Made by a program: the position numbers and the translations under genes. This document shows, piece after piece, positions 25,501 to 40,500 of a stretch of 64,000 bases of DNA; the first letter of the stretch is position 1, and the number at the start of each line of letters is the position of its first letter. The stretch comes from Bugula neritina (Eukaryota; Animalia; Bryozoa). The stretch spans positions 16,048,722-16,112,721 of the forward strand of contig OZ037766.1 in the NCBI GenBank assembly GCA_964035545.1, in the 5' to 3' direction. The notes below the pieces were generated by a model. That model saw only the letters and a program-made list of their open reading frames with translations. It searched no databases and was not told where the DNA came from.

Positions 25501-28500
25501 ACTCGTATAACTGATTTTCTGCCCTGTAACGCTAAACAATTCAAAATAATTTTTAAAAAAATGGATTACTATTATACTACAAGTACATTTAAAAAGCAGT
25601 GCTATGCTCAGCGTACTGCATGGTTGAACTGAGTGAAACTCAGACAAGCTGTAGCTCTGTTTAGCTATGGTAATACTTAGCATGTCTTTCATATGTTCAG
25701 TCTCTAACCACAGAATTGAAATTTTAAATATAAAATTGTGGGTTGGTTCAGTAGGCTAGACTTTTCCGTACTTCCCTAAAGGCGTAAGGTGATTTCAAAT
25801 TACGTAAAACCTAGAATGATATCCATAACGTGCTTCTAATTATTGTCTTGAGTCGGTGGCTAGACGGTTAGATATATAAGGAAGAGTAGAAGACATGGCA
25901 GAGGTCCAACAAGTCTTGCTGGTTGTAATCAATATTGTAATTGTAAACACATCCGACTATAATGAATGAAAATATTTCTGAAGTCACTGGAATATCATTA
26001 TACAAAGATTTAAATTAAATTAAAAACTGTCTTCTGAAGTTAAAAAGATGGCAGGCACCTTAACTACCTGTGCATCCATCTTATGGCAAGATTCCAAAAT
26101 ACTACAGCATTACAAGCTATTGTTGAAGTGGAGTGTTGCCAAAAATGAAATATATCAAGTTTTATTGAAATGATGCCACGTCATTTTCAAAAAATGCTGC
26201 TGTGTTACTTATTAATTTAAATTTATACAAGAATTAAATTAATTTTTTGGCATTAAGTCATATAAGATAATGAACAAATTTTTAGAAAACAAAAAATCGT
26301 AATACATGCCTGATAGATAGCAAGCATGGTCTGAACTAATCTAGACAAGGTGCAAGAATGTCTTCATTAAAGAGATTTAATCAGATTTTACTTTGAGCAT
26401 TTTGAAAGAGATGCGTAGCATTTTTACTCTCATTTGGTTTTCATTTGCCCTAACTACAACAAATCATTTCATACAATGTTCTGTTTACAATTGATTCAGG
26501 ATATTTAAAATATTCTCTTATCAAAATTGATGATCTCGTGACTATTGAAATTATGCAACAGGAAACTCATTTATAGTTGTTCTCATGTCTAGCCAATCGT
26601 TGCAATATTTAGTGCTAGGATGGGCTTATCTAGAGTTCCTCTCTTATATAATCATTGATGTCAAAATTAGTATTATATTAAAAAATAATAATATATGCAC
26701 ATCTCAGTAACTTTATTGTTTATTTTTTGTTCTTATCTGTTGCATGCCAACACATAAAACAGCTAATGTCATGGGTTTAGTTTTCGTTTTGGCCTGCCAA
26801 ATTTTAAATTTGTTTGTGAATAACAAAGTTGGACTTTCACACAGCCTTGATGGAATAGGTTCTTAGACCTTGCTAAATGTTGATATGCTCATTGGCTTGC
26901 AAATTACTTGCATGTATGAAAAACGTGGAAATAAGAGGTGGCATTTTGAAGCTCTTTATCTTGATGTTTAGGTGTATTATAATGCGTTTTAATTATTTTT
27001 ATGCAAAATCATAAGTTACAAGTTTTAAATATATACTTTTTTAAATTACAAATTCTAAACCACTTTTATAGCATCTTTTGACACATTTTTCAGACTTGAC
27101 AACTCACCCAGGGAAGCCTTGTCATACTAACCACAATAATGCATAGTCACATGTTATGGTGTATTTATTGTATACATGGTATTTATATTATTATGTAAAG
27201 TTTGTCAGGCATTATGTTATTTAGAATCGCAGACTCAGTGATTTGCATTGCAGACTGTTGTAAATTCCTTGAAAAAATTCCTGGCTGGGCAATGTTCACT
27301 ATCATGAGTCAAAAATATCTATGATACAGTTGATGGTAGCTGATGTCTGGATGTTTGTGGTCACAACTGGTCACTACATCTGCTGCAGCTCATTGACTGA
27401 CCACCTCAATTTAGCCTCCTGTAAATCAACACAAATTTAGCTGTATGCAGCCAGCAAATTGTAACTGCCCAGGTTTTTTAGTAAAACAATGTTATATCCA
27501 ACCTACAAGCTGCTGAATATGTTCAAAATTTCACCAATTTGACAATTTTTTGAACTGTTAAGATTATAGAGTTGTATTAGTAGACTGTCAAACATGGGGC
27601 ATATCTGAAAAATAATTTAATCTATCTGCATATAAAGCCGAAAATGAACATATGCATGTGCGTGTGTTTGCATATTTTCAAAGGATATCATGTGCAAATG
27701 TTTTTAAATAAATAAATTGAATGCAAATTTAACGTTTATTTTTATAGCTGCATGTACTTTCTCTCCACCTCTTTGCTATCTCACTATTGTTGCTTACTAA
27801 TAAAAATGTATTTTGTTGAGTTTTTCACCAGTTATTTTGTCTACAGTTTCTTTTGATCAGTTGTTGATTTTCTGTGCCGGAAGCAAAGGTCCAGTCCTCA
27901 GCTGAGAATGTTTTTACCACCTTTCTTTCACTCATGCACCCTATAATTTTAGGATCTGATTCGAGATCTGCAGGGAGAGCTTAGTGGGAACTTCAGGGAG
28001 ACGATAATGGCACTGTTTGAGGCTACCACCTATTACGACGCCTGGACTCTTAATCAAGCTATGGTGGTTCGTTTTGAAAATTTTAGAAGTTATATTTTCA
28101 TTTAGAAATACTTAAGCAACCAGACTTCATCATTAACTTTACATGTCAAATCTTTTCTGTTTTCCATTTAAGTATATTCCATATTAGTGTGTTGTTTAAA
28201 CATGAATAATTTGCATATAATAATTTTGCTTAGGGACTTGGCACAAAAGAAGCACCTCTGATTGAGATTTTATGTACAAGAACTAACGCTGAGATACTGG
28301 AGATTGTCAGATGTTATAAGCAACGTGAGTTTGTATCTGTAAAAATATCAGTGCTGGTGGTAAATGAAAAGATGGCGCTGAAGTTTGTTTAGCACATTAT
28401 GAGAAATAGGTTTAGACTTTGTTGTTTTTACTTGGTGATACTTGAAAATATGCGCTGAGAATCTATCTTAAAGTTGAGACTATTACTCGTCACATTTTAT

Positions 28501-31500
28501 GTTAATTCAAAATTGTTACTCAATCATACCTAAAATGTCATTAACTGCAAGATTTTACAAATTTGAATATAACTTAATGAAACATTTTCTATCAGTTATA
28601 TTGTTTTTTATTTGTAAAGCAAAAGTCAAAATTTGTGAAGCTTACCGATGATATATTTAGCTTGTAAAATTCGCTCCAACTTGTTTTAACCAATTAAAAA
28701 CCAAATAATCAAACTTAGAATTTGTGCTGCGCATTGCAAGTATTATGGCCGATGGCGGTAAATTATAATGAGTGTGATAATATAGCGTTCTACGTGCATG
28801 AGCAGCAGGAGTAGTGCTAGCTCTTGTGATGGATTTACTGTTAAATATGCACACCACAGTTGCAATATTTGCGCTCTGCACGAAGTCCCAAATTTTCACA
28901 GTACACAATTGCAGATATTTTTGACGTGCTTAAAATGCGTAGGAGTAATGAGATCGCACGACCTGTTGCTTTATCAGCTGATGAATATGTCAATCGCTCC
29001 TTCTTAATACTACTTCTCGAAATTTTATTGCCCTGTCAAGTGAGTGCTGTCAACCAATTGTACTCTGTTGAATAAATATTATATAATAAACCAAATAATA
29101 AATCTCATCTTGTCATCTTGAATTTAGACTAATCCACATGATTTTCATCATTTAGAATGTATCTAATTTATTTGCACTCCAGTAATTCAAGGTCGCTGGC
29201 AAACCTTTGACCTTCCTATTGATGACAGCAACTGGCCAGGTACCTCTAGGTGACCCCGCGAGTCTGCTCATTTTGGACCCATCTTACTGCATGTCTTTGC
29301 ATCTCTAATAGGTTTTAAAACCAATTCTCTTATCAGCATATACGGTCTGTGCAAAAAATGCAATATGCAGTTTTAAGGTTTGTCAACCAAATGTTTGTAT
29401 ATCAGAAATAATTGTGATGTCCCTCTAGCTACATTTGTTTCAATTTTTTGTTAAAATCCATACTCTAAGTCAATGAAAACCAGCAGCATATGGAAATTCA
29501 TAGGGCTAAATAAGTCGCTATATTGTCAAAGTTTTGGTATAGGTCATGGACAATCACTCAGTTCGCTCTTTCCTTAAGATGTTACCTGAACAACTTGACT
29601 GTTTTAGATTTCCGAAGAGATCTGGAAAAAGATATAGTGGATGATACTAGTGGTCACTTCAAGAGACTGCTGGTTTCTTGCTGTCAGGTATGACTCTGCT
29701 GACGCTGCTTTATCATATCTCAGCATGTTGTAAGGACGTGCTCTTAATCTGGTTTGTGCTTTTCAACCAGTTTGACTTTTTATCTACAGTATCATGGTGT
29801 AGGTTATTTCTTACTGCCAGTTGTAAGCTATAAATTGCTGAAGTGTGTGCAGGTTTGGTTTGGAGTTCTGATTGAATATACCCAGTTTAAACACAACTAC
29901 TGAATGTTAAATATATTAGGAACCTTGATAAAGCAAGAGACATAAATCCAATATAAAGATAAGGCAATGCCATTGTTTTTAATGGAAAAATTGGAGCAGT
30001 CATGTTGAGTGGTTAGAGATCTGGCTTAGTAAAACCTGAGGCAGTGGTTCTAGTCCAAACACCTATGAGCATTCAGTCATAATTGCTCCTGTTCCACATT
30101 AGAAAAGTCATTAGCCCGCTTTAAGAGACTCTTTCCATCAGGGGTTCTCACAGGGGTAGTGACTATAGACTTCTGTAATATATTGAACCGTGAAGACTGA
30201 GCAGATCACCTACATTCAACTGTCGCAGCATGAAGGAGGTATCAAGTTGCAGTTTTTAATATTTCCGTTTTATGTTTCAAGCATGAGAAGCTGTCTGTTG
30301 GTGAAATAAAGCAATTACTCTCCAAACCCAAAGTTTTAAACCCAAGCTAATCAAAAGCATGCAGTTCTGCACCAAGTGCATGGTTTAACAGTTATGGAAT
30401 AAGTACCACACTGAACGTCTACATTAAGATGCAGAAAGAAGTATAATACTTTATATGGTCAACTCTTTGGCTGCAATAAAGTTTCAGAGTTTACTGTAAA
30501 TAGCTGGATACGGCTCAATTTAGTGTTCTTCATCATCACATCCCAAATAAGGTGCTGATTATCATTTTGATGAGTTCTTGTAGTTTCAATTTTTAAACCC
30601 CACACAGCCATGCAAATAAATGTACTTGCTATAAATATTTAGAAACCTAGGCCGAAGCACTTGATAGACATTAATGGTACATAAGAAAGATAGCAAATAC
30701 TGTTCCATCCTCTTTTTTGCTTCTTTTCAACGTCACTGATCATTTGTAGACCGCTCTGCAACTTATGTTACACTTAGGGGTCATTAAAGGCTACTATTTC
30801 ATTTAACACACGTGCTCATATTGCAGTGCAAAACCTGGCAGCAATTTGTTGAAAGTTTTCCGTCTAGACTTAAAATTAAATATTGGTTTTAGTATCAGTG
30901 CTTGCAAATTCTGTAACTCTCCGGCATATTTGCCATCAATTTACAATTTTGTTTATTCTAGATAGTGCATAGTAGAGTATCAATTTGTAAAATTTTGGCA
31001 CAAGTAGACAGAAAATGTGCAAAAATTCTAGATTTTACTGGTTTTAATAAGTTTGGTATGTTCACTAATAGCCAAATAAGTCCTAGTTCTGCATGCAGGA
31101 TCCTAAAAGTAGTTCATCAGTCTTCAGTAATGCCCCCAATTCAGCTGATGATACTGTCAGGATACTCAGTCTTATATACATGTATCACGATAGCAGCAGG
31201 AATTTTGATCAACATTGAAATGTTGTCAGCTCTGTGCAATGTATATATTAGAGACTAAGTTGCAAGAGATACCTTTGTACACCTGCAGAGGTTGTCAATG
31301 TATCTGCAAGGATAAGTGTCACCCACCAGAAGCTTGTAATTATTGATTTTATATGGTATAATATTGTTTTGCGTGGTTACATCTCTACAATGCCAACAGA
31401 ATTTTGTGACATGTTGCTCTTTGCGTATGCCTTTTTTATGTCAATTATTATATACTCCTAGGACAAGAATTTTGCCAAATATGGTGTGTTTATTATGGAA

Positions 31501-34500
31501 TATTGTGGCTGCGTAGTGTCTCAGCTTTACCAGAATGGTAGGCTATGATAATAACATATGTGTACAAGATGCAATGTGATTGCTCTACATCCTATATTGG
31601 ATTTATGCCTCTTGTTTTGAAGTACAGGTTGAGCATACTGTTTGAAAAGCCACACAAATTAGTACTAGATAGTGAGCATCTCCGAACTTGTCAAACCTAC
31701 ACATACCTCTATAATAATAATGCATTACTAAAAAATTTAGGTTGCATACATTGGATTCTTCTATGTTAACTTCAGTATTGTTCAAGTGTGAGTGAGTGAG
31801 TTCACTATGGTGTTGGGTGTGCCTTGAGATAAATTCTTTAGTCTATCAAAAATGCAATCGTAGTTTAAAATCAGGGTTATGATTCTATATAAATTTTATA
31901 ATCTCTCAACGCCTGGGGTTATGGGGATGTTTTGATCTGCTTTGTCTATCTTCAAATACATTAATTACCTGTTGCTAGTTACAACTGAGATTAATTCTTT
32001 GAAGGAGATCATCTTAAACTGTGATAGTGGAATCAAATACCATGATGTAAAAGTATGATGTGTACAGGGTACATCCTCTAGAGTTATTGTGTTTCTATTT
32101 TGCTGCTGGTAGGCAAATGAAAGTGTAGATCCAATTTTATTTATGCCTGCATAAATACTTTACTCTTGAATCATAATGTAGTATAGAACATTTACCGGAG
32201 TGTTGTCGAACTTGGTGTTGTGAGTTTTTATAAAATCACTGTATTATATGGATGCCAATTTGATGACCTAAAAAATTGGTTTATATGTTACCATATCTGC
32301 TCTTCTCTAGGGCAATCGGGCCGAGTTGACACCCGCCCAGTGGAATGATGTCTTTACGAAAGGACCTGAGTCTGTTGTGGACAGAGCATTGGCCAAAAAG
32401 GAAGCTGAAGAACTTTACAGAGCTGGCGAGAAGAAGATTGGAACGGATGAGTCTGCATTTTTGAAGATAATGGCTCTGCGACATTTCTACCAGCTGAGAG
32501 CCACCTTTGAGGAATATGCTAGGGTAAGTTTTGTTGTGTTACAGCTAATCTAGTGTTCGTTGGTAAGGTTTTAAATTGAGAATCCAATAAATGCACCTCT
32601 CAAACTGCAAGCTAAGAGAGGTTTTACTGCTGCTTCCAGAAATAAAGATAGTTGTAGAATAATTTTTCAACTGATAAACTTTTTGTTTTAAAGAATTATC
32701 TTCTAGATTTGTAACTTTTGTGTATGCAGTTTGCATAAAGGAGACAACTTCTGTTATGACTTTAGGTTAGACTGTTTTAGAGCACAATTAGTTCCTCTCT
32801 GGAATGTTTCCATAGTAACTTGACTTATAATCTGAGTCAAGGTCTTTTGATGTGTTTTTTGTCTAAATGATTATTATTATAATCATTATTACGTCTGGCT
32901 GATGACATGGCAGTTAGCTGTTCACCAACTGAGATCTTGCGTGTCCTGTTGAAATTTTCCACGGGAAGTGGTTCATCATTTGCCCGGTGGTCATCAAACA
33001 AAAATGTATGAAGGCATTTCAGCTATGAAAGTTTTACGTACCGCTAATATTTTGACTTTACAGTAGTTATAAGATAGGCTTTCAATTGTTTTTACTTCAA
33101 TAATCTAATAAGGTCACCAGTTTAGAGATATGTTTAGTTACCTTAAGCCTTAATCTTGGCCATTACTGTAAGCAAGTAGCCGGAAGAGATTGTAGATTCT
33201 GAGACTTGAGTATGCCTGTCACAGACACCATATTTCAGATTGTCCTGACTTTTGAGTGTCAAATTTTTGCACACTTCCTTGCTTTACTTGACTTCTTTGA
33301 TTAGCATACTTATATGGTTTTTTCTGTGAAGTACATTGGTGAGTCATTGGGTAATTTTCCATTACAATATGAGTTAAGATATCATTTAGCAGACAGACCA
33401 ATCAGCGCACACTAATAATATGCAAAATAATCTTTTGTACTTCACTGTAAAATATTCACAACTCAGTTTGCTGATGTCTGCCATTGATTAAACCTCAATG
33501 TTATTTTGCTTTCCCATTTTAATACTCCACATACTACCAACATAATAATATTTCTACTAATATTCACAGTTAGCTGGGGTTTGCATAAAAATTATGTGGT
33601 CAGTTGCAATTTTGATGTAGTAAATACAATCAGTTCCAGAAATAAATAAGAAATATGTAAAATCAAGTACTCTTATTTACATTTATTTTTGTTAAATAAG
33701 TACTTTTGGGTTAATTTCAGTATATTTTTATAAATGAAAATAGAAATATATGAGACTGTAGTTCTTTTTATTATTGTTAATTTGCAAAGCAATAGCTGAA
33801 TACTGGATTCATAGATTAAAAATCAACAGACCGCAATTTTATAGTCCGGTTCACAAGTACCACGATTAAATAGCAGTTACATCATTAGTTTCCAGTTGAT
33901 TGTATTTCACAATTATTAGGAAAATAATATTAAATGCATACATTTACAGGAATTTGACTGCTTGTTGCCAACAAATTCCAGCTGGGTTCATAATTTGTTA
34001 TGAAAAATTGAGAAAGATTTCACGGAAACAACACAACACGTAAGGCATGTCATCACTGATTTGGCATTGTGGCAGCTATCTCGCCCTACTTTCTATTCTC
34101 TAAATTTGATATAATTGATTTTCTGTCAACAAAATTATGAGGATAAGAAATCTGGGATTTATTTTCAGCAAGTAAACATCAAACTGTGAATTCAGGAGTG
34201 GCTAGCTGATGTGGCTGCCGAGCCCTGGCACTGTGTAGTAATTTATAGATTAATTAATGCAATAATCTGTACATGGATCAGTCAGTGAGAGCTTACATTT
34301 TAATAGCAGTTATCAGATCTATATAGGTCATTCACAGAAAATATACACACGTTAGTTTTGGGCTAATTAATTGTGCTGGTCGGTGTACATCTGCGTAGCC
34401 TTTGTCTCAAAGCTACTAATTGAGGTCTTAAATGATACTTACGTCTTTGTCTTAGTTAGGTGTAGAAAATGTAGGCTTTTACTTTAGCTTGGGCTTAGAG

Positions 34501-37500
34501 CTTTATATTTCAGTATAATTGAGTTATTCCAAAGACAGTAACCTACAGTGCTACAAATACCAGTTTTAAAAGAAAATCTACACTTTATGTCTGCAATATG
34601 GAATCAATGGGGATGTATTACAGTAGCAATAGATAATACTGAGGCTGTCCTAGCTGCCCTAGAGATATTTACCGAAATTTCAGAAAATATCTCCTCGTTT
34701 AATTATTCTTAAAATAGTGCGGTGTTGGTGTGTGCATGGAGCAGAAGTATTTTCTTGTAGGAGTTATAAGGAGTGTTCAACTTTGGATACTTTCATCTGT
34801 TAAATCCACAAAGATACGACTCGAAGTATTTTTGAGACATGTATTTCAGCCAGTATTTTCAAAATGTCAAGCTCAGTGCCCATCTCAACACTTAAAAACG
34901 GACTCCACCGTTAGTCTGATATCTTGTGGTTTGATATGAGGCCCTACAAGATGAATATCTGTAGCAGGGTATCACAAAGAAGTTATAATGCTTGTTATAT
35001 TGGCTCAATGTTGCAGCAATATTCTTTTTACCAGGGAAAAGTTTTGGCTTTAGATCTTGGAGGCAGCAACCAACAAGCCTTAAAGCTTCAATTTTCAAGA
35101 AATTATTTTAAAAAATGTGAATTTAACAGGTTTTGGCTATTGAATCGGAGGTTATGAAATACTAAATGTACTCATTACTATTATTAGTTTATGTCAACAG
35201 CAAAAGGCTAGACCTAGCTGATCATCCACCTCTCCAGTCAGCTTAATACAAGTGGCAAGGTCATTAGTAAAATATTGCTGCCAACCCTTGAACCAGCAAG
35301 CTGTTACGTAATATATTTATAATAGAAGTACGCGGCTTACATGCTATGCAAGCATGGCCTTTTAACAGTGCAACGGTTGGCTGATTTTTATTAACGACGT
35401 CTGGTACAGACACCACCCAATACTGTTGTCAGTTGAGGATTTATGCTAAATAGATACCGGTATTATATTATACACATACTTTGTGGTTGCTAAGCAAATT
35501 GGCAGTGCATGGGCATAATAGCTTCACTGTCTTTGTATATTTATCACTGTCTATGTGAATTTAATTTATGAATGGAGGCAACTACTCAACGCTGGCCTAC
35601 AAATACTACATCTAACCACAAACACTCTACCCTATTATGATTGTGAGTAACACTTGAACTAATGTGCTACAAACAAGCCAGACTGTGCAGAATCCATTGT
35701 CTGATTAGTGCAACATGTTGCTTACTATGCAACACCGGGTAAAATCTGGAGCTTATCTAGCTTCCTCACAATGTTACATTTAGGATGTTGTTTCTCAAAT
35801 GTATTGTAAGGAGTTTTGGAATGATCAAGATTCAACAGGTTAAATTATGTCTGCAAATAATGTATATTATCTCAGATGAAAACATTTCTTGAGTACACTA
35901 TTGCCAGAGAATGTGAGAAAATTAGATAAATATGAAAACAGTAAACCGTGTATTGAGATTTTAAACTCAAAACAAAAGTGCACCATTTCATAATTATTCA
36001 CATCAGGGAGACAAAATTAGCATGTTTATCAAATTATCCTGAAAAGTATTTTCACACAAATCCAGTTATCAAAAAAATCATAACATTCTCCTACTTACTG
36101 TTCTTGACACTGTACAAAATTGTATCACTTCAAGTGAAAAAATTTAGAATATGGTTTTATTCAAAATGTATATTGTAGGCATTGGCATTGCTATTCTACT
36201 GGAGGTGTGCACCTTGTAGACTATTATTCTATAGCAGTGTGTAGTATAGGCGGTATGCCTTATAAGGCATGTAATTTTTTTCTTGGTCTCTCACACCAAA
36301 GGTCATCTTTCTTCATCGGCGAGCTCTCACAATAAATAAAAGCTTAGCCAGCTGCAGTGAGGCAATTGCTTCACTTGAATGAAAAACAGGATGAGATTAT
36401 TCCCATTCAACTTTGCACCAAATGGTTTCTTGAAACCGCCATCAGAGTCACTGAGGACAAGTACACGGCCGAAAATACTATCAAAACACTGGCATCAATG
36501 CTTGTGCTTTCCAATAAGAAAGCCATAGTTGAATTATTCAATCTATTCCGCCATGCTGATTCAACAAGGGTGGCACTGTAATGTCGAGATATAACTGAAC
36601 CATCATCTGTATGGCTGTCGGCCATTGCATTAATTTTTGGCAAATCTACTTGAAGTCCATCAGATGTTTCATTGTTGAAGCTTTCACTATATCTACCTTG
36701 AACAGGAAAGACCATTTCACCGAATGGAAGTTGCTGCCGTTGGATGTCTAGCAAGTGACTACTTACTCCATCTAAAATTAGAACAGTATGAATGAAACGG
36801 GATGTTCCGGTTTATCAAATCAATTCGTATTTCAACTTATTGGGGATGTAATGTTAGTCGCTTATAGTTAGAGTCAATGGTCACACTTCGGTGAACACAT
36901 GCTGGAAAATTAGGCGAGCTAGATTTCACAATTTCCGGTACAAGGTAATTTATTGAAATGAACAGTACCAAGTTATCAGTACGACAAAGTGTTCTTGAGA
37001 ATGTTTATGTGTCCTAGTAATGTTCGTAATTCTACTACTTAAGAATAAGTTTGGTTCTTTAGCCTTAGGTGCATGCTTGTTAGCTCATAACTATAAACTA
37101 GTATAGTTACCAAAGGTACGCGTTATACAATAGGAATAAATGCTATAATCTGAATACCATCGACACTTGAGCATCACACAACTGACATTAATGACTAATA
37201 AGTATAACTATATTATTAATTGTATAACTATAAGTATTCATGCTGGTGGTGGTTAAAGTGAAAATGATGATTTAACTTATCTACTAACATTACGAGTACC
37301 TTAAACTTAGTGCACGAGCAATTTATGCATCAGTTGCACTCGCAGCCCTTAGTCCTAGATGATAACTTATAAGTATAAGTGATCATTTAAATTATATTCA
37401 AACTGAAATTAAACTCAATAGTCGATATAAAATTAAATAAATATAAATAAATATTCAATGTATACAACATTAAATTTAATAATGCATTACTACTGATATT

Positions 37501-40500
37501 AATTTTAGAGCATTACATTTACAGCTTGGTGATTTGTATTTAGTTTTAGTGTGTGCAAATCGAAATTAGTAACTAAATTGAAAACTTAAAAAATAAAATA
37601 TAGATTATATAAATATAAATATATAATAATGCAACAACTTTCGAGTAAAAGTAAACTGTAAAAATAAAAAAGCTATCAGCTATGCCCATGGAACCCGAAC
37701 TGAAAGGTTTACTTTCAGTTTAATATTAAATTTACTTACATGCCATACACATTATCCAAGCAAGCTGGCATACATTTTTAGTCAAACTCCGTGTTGTGTG
37801 CATAGTAAAGCTGGTGGTTGAATATACTTAGATTAGGTGAAAGCTATAAAGGCAGCAAGTAATTCACCAAGTGTGATCCTCTTTCTCCGCACGAAAGCAA
37901 ACTACTACTGCCAAAGAAGCAATATTTAAAAGTAGGCTTGCGCAGTCTTAATATAAGCTCGTCTGCAGGCGAACTTTTAAACTCACGTGGCTAGAATGCG
38001 TAGTTTCAATTCGTCAAGCTACATTTGAGACCGCCCACAAAGCCACCTACACGCTTGACTACCCAAAGTTAATATAATATTATATTCCATTCATGAATAT
38101 TCTCTGCCCGTAGTCAACCGTTATGAAAGTCTTCCCTTCCCTTATTTGATACTCAGACTGGTATAAAAACCTGCTCTGTAGACCATATCAAACAAATGCT
38201 GGCTGTGCTTTGCAGGTCTAGTTTATCTAAGCTTTTGTTTATATTACCAGTGTAAATTACTAGTCTATTTTAACTTTTTTAAAGTAGCCTCGACAGCTAC
38301 GACAAATATTATATAATTTATAGATAAAACTAAAGCTTATAGGCTAAATATTGCGGTATATTTTATTTAGTATAAAATATATTTTTCTTACATATAGGAT
38401 CTTTGGTCAAATGTTCTGTATTATTGTATTGTATTATGTTTGTAAAAAAAATTTTAATGAGTTTCTGTACACCTAGCATCATTTCGGGCACTAGGACATA
38501 ATATGCAGAGTTAACTTGTACCAGTTATAACATTGCAGCATACATTAGCACAGCCAGCAATGGGGATATTTGTCTGAGACAAAAAAGAGAATAATTATAC
38601 TCATTAGTGTAAGACTATGTTGTTGTTGACTGGCTTATTTTTCTTACAAAATGCTAGGAACTCATTTCATCTGGAATTTTCCATTCCATTGCTACTGAAA
38701 CCCAACATAATACTGCTCTACAGAAGCACTACACTTTGATCAGGATTAAAAATGCTAGCACTACGATGCTGCTGATGGCTGCATTCTTCTAACAACTCAT
38801 TTGCTGCAGTCTCTTAATAATAAAAGTAGTTTTCTAATTAATTGGTTCTTAAGTATACTAATGCTAATTAGAGATCTGAAATTGAATAGGATTTTGTTGA
38901 TCTGAAAACTTTCAAATAAGGCTGTTGGAAAACCTGTATTCGAAAAATGCTGCAACATTGACTACGAGAATGTAACCTTGTGTTGTGTTGAAAGAGGAAG
39001 TGTGTTTTTGAAAGTGAGATCATCAGGGTCAGCTGTCACATATTTCGCTTCCTGTTGCATCCTCAGGTTGGTATAATTTTGGAATTGGAATTATAATCAA
39101 CTGACTGCTACGTGATTCTGGACAAAGTAACTGCATGTATTGTATAGCACATTTACTCTAAAATTAGTTACGTGATACATCATGGCAGATATTGAAAATG
39201 CTATAACCCTCCTACTTCCTCCTAAGACATAACATTTGCTACTACCAAAATGCAAGCCACTGAAAGAAATCTACTTCTTCACGGTCTGCTTCACACAGGG
39301 GTCCTCCCTGAATTCTTTGTTACAGTTGTCTGTGATGGCATCAACCTCATTGGGATTAGGGGCAGTTTTCATGATTTTGACTCTCTTCAACACAATATGT
39401 ACTGATTGTAATGCCTGCTTTTACTTATATTATTATTATTAGGCTGCTGATGCAATTTCTAAAATAAATGGGCTTAATTTTAATTTATTTGTCAGTCAGT
39501 CAGCCCTGACTGTTAGCACTTATCGCTTAGTCAGTTATGAAGAGAATCAGTTCATCCCTCTTTTAAACATGTCTGATGTGTGTTTTTGTCCCTGAAATGC
39601 CCTTCGAAAGCAGGTGGTGTGTAAATTATTAGCTCTTCAAATTTGCTTTTATAGAAGAAAGGTGGCCAATACATAATAATAAAAACATAGCAAGTGCAGC
39701 ACAATACTAATTTTAATAATGTGGAAAATTTTGGTTTTAGGAGTGTTTTTAGGTTACCTTGATAAACAACATATAGTTACATACTTAAGTTATAATTGAT
39801 CTCATTCTATTACATTCTCATTACATATTATTAGATGTCTGTAAATAAAAACATTATAGTACCATGCTATAGCATTACAAATATATTCATAGCATTTCCT
39901 CTCCAAGTTCAATAGACAAAATATGCGCCACCCTGATTTGACCCTTCTAACTAATGGTATTGGAATTCAGAATAGACTATGATCATAAACACCATCGCTT
40001 TTGTATCATGGGGGTAGCCTATTAGCCCATACGTTTTATCCTTCATCTAACATAGTGGAACTCGGTACAAGTTTTATTTTATGTAAATTAATGTAATAAT
40101 CTTTAAGATATTTTTTTAAAAACACTTGTGTTCTCATGAGTTTCTTTCAAAGATATAATCCCATGCCTCAAACCGAATGTATGCATGACAGATGTTAAAC
40201 GCTTATGCTGGTGCCAATAGACTGTCCAGGTACTTTTCTAAAAAAAAATACCTAAGAAGTCATGTTTTCACGAAGCCCAAACATATACATAAATTTGAAG
40301 ATCATAAAATTATTTAAATGTCTCAGTTACTGTAACCAAATGTCTTTTAATTTTGCCTGCAGTGCTGCCTATAAAACTGTGTACCCCGATGCTGCCGCTG
40401 TATTTTGTAGATCTCTCAGCGAGACATACTCAACTCTATAGGAAGGGAAATGTCTGGTGACCTTGAGTCAGGTTTCAAAGCTCTTGGTAAGCTCCTTATC

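Noticed and set aside
28640-29100. CpG-rich intronic patch with three short ORFs
   Set aside because: No coherent protein or splice structure; likely a decayed repeat whose boundaries I cannot support.
36357-36581. Plus-strand 74-aa ORF as an extra annexin exon
   Set aside because: Annexin exons 32523 and 40411 join directly within repeat III; this ORF is the antisense of the nested gene.
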